This document shows positions 56,022-60,852 of a stretch of 60,852 bases of DNA, one piece after another. The stretch's first letter is position 1. The number at the start of each line of letters is the position of its first letter. The stretch is taken from positions 1 to 60,852 of the IMG/VR virus record IMGVR_UViG_3300009155_000069; one strand, written 5' to 3'. The position numbers and the translations under genes are program-made. The notes under the pieces were generated by a model, which saw only the letters and a list, made by a program, of their open reading frames with translations, was not told the origin of the DNA and ran no database searches. This DNA is from a virus (taxonomy: Duplodnaviria; Caudoviricetes).

Positions 56022-57125
56022 ATGTCGAACGCAACTGAACTCTACGCACTGAACCTGACCGAGGCTCAGACTCTCATCCGCTTTTCGGGTGACACCACTG
56101 TCTTGATGCAGGGTCACATGGGCACAGGCAAATCGTCCATGCTCAAGACCTTGGCTCTTGACCTGCCGACTCACACACCGTGCTACTTTGATTGCACGAC
56201 CAAGGACTTGGGCGACATCACGATCCCGAACGTGGTGAACCTGACCTCATCACTGGAAGACGCGTTTGTGCGCTATGTGACCAACGAGGAACTCGGTGTG
56301 CACCTGAACAAGCCGATCATCCTGATGATTGACGAGTACGGCAAAGCCAACCCCGCTGTCAAGAACGCACTGCTCCGACTGATGCTTGAGCGCAAGATCG
56401 GATCGAGCACCCTGCACCCTGACTCACTGGTGTTTGCAACGACCAACCTTGGATCGGAAGGCGTGGGCGACCTGCTACCTGCACATGCACGTAACCGCTT
56501 GACGATCATCAAGACTCGCAAGCCTACCAACGTGGAGTGGATCGAGGACTTTGCCCTGAACGCAGGGGTGGATCACACCATGCTTGCGTGGGTGACTGAC
56601 AACCCACAGGTATTCCACAGCTTTGAGGACTACAAAGATGCGGATGCAAACAAGTTTATCTATCACCCTGCTGACCCAAGCCGTGCGTCATTCGTGACAC
56701 CACGTTCACTGGAGAAAGCGTCCAACTGGTTGAAGGTACGCGGCAAGCTGACCGACAAGACATTGATGGCGGCTCTCATCGGCACGATTGGTACCGAGGC
56801 GGCGGCGAACCTGAACACATACGTACGTGTTGCTGATCAACTGCCAAGCCTTGACTCGATCAAGAAAGACCCGATGGGTGCGCAGGTGCCGAGCAGTGCG
56901 TCCGCTGTTTGTATGGTGGTGCACCGCACGTTGCAGACTATCGACAAGTCGTGGATGGATGCGTGGATGGAGTACTTGTCACGTCTCGACAAAGAGGCAC
57001 AGACTATGTTCGCCATGCAGGTACGCCGACCCACGTACAACAAGCAGACCGAGGTGGTGACTAACAAGAAGTTCACCGCATGGTGTATGGCTAACAACTA
57101 TGTGTTCGCCGCTGACAAGAAGTGA
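56022..57125 (+). CDS. AAA+ ATPase (MoxR/midasin-like)
   Basis: GHMGTGKS, MIDEY, ATTN, RNR, TPRS. Confidence 0.88.
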   Translation: MSNATELYALNLTEAQTLIRFSGDTTVLMQGHMGTGKSSMLKTLALDLPTHTPCYFDCTTKDLGDITIPNVVNLTSSLEDAFVRYVTNEELGVHLNKPIILMIDEYGKANPAVKNALLRLMLERKIGSSTLHPDSLVFATTNLGSEGVGDLLPAHARNRLTIIKTRKPTNVEWIEDFALNAGVDHTMLAWVTDNPQVFHSFEDYKDADANKFIYHPADPSRASFVTPRSLEKASNWLKVRGKLTDKTLMAALIGTIGTEAAANLNTYVRVADQLPSLDSIKKDPMGAQVPSSASAVCMVVHRTLQTIDKSWMDAWMEYLSRLDKEAQTMFAMQVRRPTYNKQTEVVTNKKFTAWCMANNYVFAADKK

Positions 57126-57133
57126 GGTGTGTG

Positions 57134-57226
57134 ATGACTGTGGAAATTATTAAGAGCATTGGAGATTACATCGTTCTGCCGATTGTGATCGGGTTTGTAG
57201 TGTGGATTTGTTACAAGGAGAAATGA
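57134..57226 (+). CDS. 30-aa single-TM peptide, not in the ORF track
   Basis: MTVEIIKSIGDYIVLPIVIGFVVWICYKEK; GAGG RBS. Confidence 0.55.
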   Translation: MTVEIIKSIGDYIVLPIVIGFVVWICYKEK

Positions 57227-57227
57227 A

Positions 57228-57413
57228 ATGGTAGATGTAAACCTGAATGACGTGTCGAGCGCACTGTGCGACATGTACGACATACGCAACGCCTTGTCTG
57301 ACAAGGTAAAGAAGATGCCCAAGGACAACGAGGGCACCGACTACACAGTAGGCGAGTGTATTGATGACGTGATTGCGTTTCTTGAACAACTTGAAGGACA
57401 GATAACATGTTAA
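57228..57413 (+). CDS. Hypothetical protein
   Basis: AAGGAG RBS. Confidence 0.65.
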   Translation: MVDVNLNDVSSALCDMYDIRNALSDKVKKMPKDNEGTDYTVGECIDDVIAFLEQLEGQITC

Positions 57414-58663
57414 TGATTGGTAAGACACTAACCGAGGAGCAACGCCTGACCAAGGCGATGGCTGACATCATCGGTAATCAAAACTACATCGCCCTCGCAG
57501 GTATCCTGATGATGGGTGAGCATAAGGTCGTGAAGGCAGGTGAGATGGGCTGTCACACGGCGATGACCAACGGCGTGAACGCATGGTATGCACGTGAGTT
57601 CGTGGCGGGGTTGACTGATGCTGAGTTACGGTTCCTCATCCTGCACGAGTCGTATCACGTGTTGTACAAACATCTGACCACGTACCTGCACTTGTATGAG
57701 CAGAACAGACGCAAGGCTAACCTCGCGTGTGACTACGTGATCAACCTGAAGTTGGTGGACTTTGACCGTGAGACTGACAAGGGGTTTATCAGCATGCCCA
57801 AGGTGGGTGTGATTGATGAGCAGTACCGTGGCATGGACAGTGCACAGGTATACGCGTTACTGCCTGACGACAACGGCAAGGGTAAAGGCTCGGGTCAAGG
57901 TCAAGGTCAGGGTCAAGGCTCGGGCGAGGCGGGTGATGGTGACCCGTCCGATGGCGAGACTATGGATCAGCACGATTGGGAAGGTGCCAAGGAGTTGACC
58001 CCTGACGAGCGCAAGGATATCGAACGCGCTGTTGATGAAGCGGTGCGTCAAGGTGCACTGATCGCAGGGAAGATGGGATCGGGTGGTGCGCGTCTGCTTG
58101 ATGACGTGTTGCAGTCCAAGATCGACTGGCGTGAAGTACTGCGTGAGTTCGTGTCAACAACTTGTGCAGGTAATGACTACTCAACGTGGCGGCGTCCTAA
58201 CCGTAGGTACATATCATCAGGTCTGTATCTACCCTCGGGCATATCCGAAACCGTAGGTGAATTGGTCATTGCCATAGATACTAGCGGCTCGATTGGTGGG
58301 CGTGAGTTGGCTACGTTCTTGGGTGAGGTGGTTGCGATTGCCAAAGCAGTCAAGCCACAAGCTGTGCGTCTGTTGTATTGGGACACTGAGGTATGTGCCG
58401 CCGAGTACTACGGACAAGATCAACTGGATGACATCGTGAAGTCCACGAAACCTGCGGGTGGTGGTGGCACGATGGTGGAGTGTGTGCCTGAGTATCTGCG
58501 TGAGAAGCAGATCAAGCCGCAAGCCGCGATCATCCTGACCGATGGCTACTTAGGTGGGTCATGGGGTGTATGGCACGTGCCCGTGTTGTGGTGTGTGCTC
58601 GACAACAAGAACGCCAAGCCCGACAACGGCAAGGCTGTTCACATCGAATCGTCAGATATGTAA
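57407..58663 (+). CDS. DUF2201-type metallopeptidase + VWA protein
   Basis: LHESYH (HExxH), N.ACDY.IN, G/Q linker, IDTSGS MIDAS, GGGGT, LTDGY. Confidence 0.88.
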   Translation: MLMIGKTLTEEQRLTKAMADIIGNQNYIALAGILMMGEHKVVKAGEMGCHTAMTNGVNAWYAREFVAGLTDAELRFLILHESYHVLYKHLTTYLHLYEQNRRKANLACDYVINLKLVDFDRETDKGFISMPKVGVIDEQYRGMDSAQVYALLPDDNGKGKGSGQGQGQGQGSGEAGDGDPSDGETMDQHDWEGAKELTPDERKDIERAVDEAVRQGALIAGKMGSGGARLLDDVLQSKIDWREVLREFVSTTCAGNDYSTWRRPNRRYISSGLYLPSGISETVGELVIAIDTSGSIGGRELATFLGEVVAIAKAVKPQAVRLLYWDTEVCAAEYYGQDQLDDIVKSTKPAGGGGTMVECVPEYLREKQIKPQAAIILTDGYLGGSWGVWHVPVLWCVLDNKNAKPDNGKAVHIESSDM

Positions 58664-58709
58664 ATCAGTTATCACGAGTGATAACTACAAACTTAATTGG
58701 AGAAATGAA

Positions 58710-59660
58710 ATGAGTATGAAACATGTATTGGTAAGTTCCTTGAAAGCCCCAACAGATCGTGACCTGCACAACGACCCGCAGTCTGCCGACTGGCCTTTCA
58801 AACTAGACGGCATACCTGTACGCCGTGAGGTGTATGACTTAGGTGTGGAGTTGCGCCGCTCGTATCATGGGTTCCGCTTCCATGCAACACGTGGTGACAA
58901 CAAGGTGGTGCAGGTGGTGAAGGACGAGGACGGCGCAGTCAAGAAGTTCTATACAGATGTTACTGTGTACATAGATGGGTCTGACTATGTTGTGGGTGTT
59001 ATCGGGTTCGGTAAAAACTACGGCATCAAGGATGCGGACAAGTCCATCTACGTAATTCAGAGTCGCAAGATTAACAACGAGAAGTTTGCCGATCACCGCG
59101 ATCAGTACTTCATGTCGTTCGTGACTGACCATAAGAAAGCTGTGCGCCTTGCGCTGAGTAAGCTGGTGCCCTACTCACCCAAGGAGATGGCGAACATATC
59201 TTTGTACAAGTTCAAGGAACATATCACAGATGTTCGCAATGCTGTGCACAGTGGGGTGACGGGCCTGATCAGTCCGCTATCAGACCGTAACATCTTGATG
59301 CGTGAGATGCGTAACCTGATTGCACAGAACACCATGTTCGTGACCGAGGAGTTCCAACGTGCGGCGATGGGGTTCATCAAAGCCGAGGAGGAATGGAATG
59401 AGGTACGTAACAAACCTGTGCACGGCTACTACGTATATGTACGTATGGTAGGTGACGAGCAGTGGGTGGACATCGTGGAAGCCACGGACTCACAGAAGTA
59501 CAGCCACGTGGATCATTGTCCAGTAACAAGTATGCCTGTGTCAGATGTACCCGAGGACATCCAAGGTAAGGTCGCGGTCTTGTCGATGGCTGACATCGGT
59601 CAGTACATGCAGGGCGTGGGCGTACGCACCACGGAGAAATCATTTTGGTTGGAGAGATGA
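58710..59660 (+). CDS. Hypothetical protein
   Basis: GGAG RBS after a palindrome; about 316 aa. Confidence 0.75.
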   Translation: MSMKHVLVSSLKAPTDRDLHNDPQSADWPFKLDGIPVRREVYDLGVELRRSYHGFRFHATRGDNKVVQVVKDEDGAVKKFYTDVTVYIDGSDYVVGVIGFGKNYGIKDADKSIYVIQSRKINNEKFADHRDQYFMSFVTDHKKAVRLALSKLVPYSPKEMANISLYKFKEHITDVRNAVHSGVTGLISPLSDRNILMREMRNLIAQNTMFVTEEFQRAAMGFIKAEEEWNEVRNKPVHGYYVYVRMVGDEQWVDIVEATDSQKYSHVDHCPVTSMPVSDVPEDIQGKVAVLSMADIGQYMQGVGVRTTEKSFWLER

Positions 59661-59661
59661 G

Positions 59662-59844
59662 ATGGACTGGAAGATTCATCCGGTGGATGGGGGCTATCAA
59701 CTTCTACATGAAGGGCATAGCCCCTACCCTGAACACCCTTACACGGTATGGTGGCCTCGACAACGTGCGCATGCTGATGGTACGCAGTGGGGCACCGTGT
59801 TTACACGTGACGAGATATTGCAATTTATCAAGGAGATAACATGA
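59662..59844 (+). CDS. Hypothetical protein
   Basis: GGAG RBS; ATGA-coupled to the next gene. Confidence 0.55.
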   Translation: MDWKIHPVDGGYQLLHEGHSPYPEHPYTVWWPRQRAHADGTQWGTVFTRDEILQFIKEIT

Positions 59845-60350
59845 CAGAAGAAAAGAACGCGATAGCGCAGATTGGTATGGTGGGGCAGTTACTGCGCACC
59901 ATGCCTCAAACAGTACCCGAGTCCCGCGAGGAGGTTCGGCTTGAATCACAACTGGAGCGGATTCGTTCGCGCCTTACACCACAGGAAAAGAAGATATTCG
60001 TTGCTATGTCAGACCTATCGAAGTTGTATAAACGGGTTGACGTAGACCCTACGTTCGCCAAGAAGATGTATGTGGCGATGGCGACCCGCACGTACCGTGT
60101 GCAAATGCAAACGGATGGTAGGGTAAATGTTAGTTCGTGGGGGCTTGCAAAAGATGTAGAAGATACTTATGATTCAGTAGACGGACTACCCGAATGGATG
60201 CAACGCAAGATTGCAACGCTGATGATCTTTGACCCTGCACAAGTCAACGATGAGATTAAGGGATTGGGTAGACGTATATCGAAGGGTACCTTTTGGCTGT
60301 ACCCTGATGAAGGAGAAGATGATGGCAATGACACCCGAGCGCCGAGTTAA
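59841..60350 (+). CDS. Hypothetical protein; C-terminus resembles that of 58710..59660
   Basis: LPEWMQRKIATL..GLG.R....FWL versus VPEDIQGKVAVL..GVG.R....FWL. Confidence 0.7.
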   Translation: MTEEKNAIAQIGMVGQLLRTMPQTVPESREEVRLESQLERIRSRLTPQEKKIFVAMSDLSKLYKRVDVDPTFAKKMYVAMATRTYRVQMQTDGRVNVSSWGLAKDVEDTYDSVDGLPEWMQRKIATLMIFDPAQVNDEIKGLGRRISKGTFWLYPDEGEDDGNDTRAPS

Positions 60351-60630
60351 GGCGAAGGTGCGCAAGGTGTTAGATAAGTTGGGTGCTTACTACGTCATGC
60401 CCGTAACAGGGGGTTATGGCAACAGTGGTGCACCTGACTTTCTTGTATGTCTGCACGGACGATTCATTGGGATCGAGTGCAAGGCAGGTAAGAACACGAC
60501 CACACCCCTTCAAGAAAAGAATCTACGTCAGGTCGAGAGATCGGGCGGGATCGCCCTCGTTGTCAATGATGAGAACGTGGACGCTTTTGAAACCGAGTTA
60601 TCACGCATGATAACTTCAACTGGAGAATGA
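60319..60630 (+). CDS. VRR-NUC nuclease (Holliday junction resolvase-like)
   Basis: TPE..VK, G.PD, IECKAG, LQ..NL, GG.ALVV. Confidence 0.88.
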   Translation: MMAMTPERRVKAKVRKVLDKLGAYYVMPVTGGYGNSGAPDFLVCLHGRFIGIECKAGKNTTTPLQEKNLRQVERSGGIALVVNDENVDAFETELSRMITSTGE

Positions 60631-60631
60631 A

Positions 60632-60852
60632 ATGACTGAAAAGACTGCAACCACTAAAGCCGATAAGCCTAGTAAACCCAAGCCCAAAACTTCCAAGGCG
60701 TTTCAGATTCGCCGACTGATTGAACACGGCAAGCTGACCCCAAAACAAATTGCTGAGAAGGTAGGTGCCCCTCTGCCGTACGTGTATGTCGTACGTTCCA
60801 AAATGAGGACACAGGATGGCGGTCTACCCGCTGTCGCTGAAACTAAGATACC
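60632..60852 (+). CDS. N-terminal part of tandem HTH-like protein spanning the junction
   Basis: GGAG RBS; KAFQIRRLIEHGKLTPKQIAEKVGAPLPYVYVVRSKM; open to the window end. Confidence 0.8.
   Translation, partial: MTEKTATTKADKPSKPKPKTSKAFQIRRLIEHGKLTPKQIAEKVGAPLPYVYVVRSKMRTQDGGLPAVAETKI

Larger units (their letters stand above)
52531..60614. repeat. Nine dispersed copies of GTTATCA-N4-TGATAAC
   Basis: Starts at 52531, 53289, 53437, 53839, 54111, 54980, 55953, 58668 and 60597. Confidence 0.92.
1..60852. mobile_element. Complete (circularly permuted) tailed bacteriophage genome, podovirus-like
   Basis: TerS/TerL, portal, scaffold, capsid, tail, lysis and replication modules are all present. The end (..AAG ATA CC) joins the start (G AAG GCG..) in frame within one ORF. 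Confidence 0.93.

Overview
This window looks like a complete, circularly permuted genome of a tailed dsDNA bacteriophage with podovirus-like morphogenesis genes. The last base joins the first in frame, rebuilding a 190-aa protein with two tandem HTH-like domains. There are two divergent arms. The + arm (about 52.6 kb through the junction to 13.5 kb) carries early and replication genes: AAA ATPase, HExxH/VWA protein, VRR-NUC, family A DNA polymerase (Leu762 type), PD-(D/E)XK exonuclease, HNH, SNF2 helicase and an AEP primase-helicase. The - arm (52.1 to 13.6 kb) carries terminase, portal, GroES, scaffold, Mu gpT-like capsid, a glycosyltransferase, small Lys/Gly/Met-rich proteins, tail and fibre genes, holin, M15 endolysin and four very large internal/ejection proteins. 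No integrase, CI-type repressor, RNA polymerase, reverse transcriptase or CRISPR array was recognised. The most striking non-coding signal is a 10-copy 18-bp palindrome (GTTATCA-N4-TGATAAC) seen only in the early/middle arm. Others are 8-9-bp-periodic GTTC/GAAC arrays around a probable origin, a tRNA-shaped 72-nt RNA behind a strong promoter, a Mu-gpT-DE-like double-pseudoknot RNA after the capsid gene, a compact pseudoknot before a tail gene and a candidate anti-Shine-Dalgarno sRNA. All product calls come from motifs and synteny read by eye; no database searches were run.
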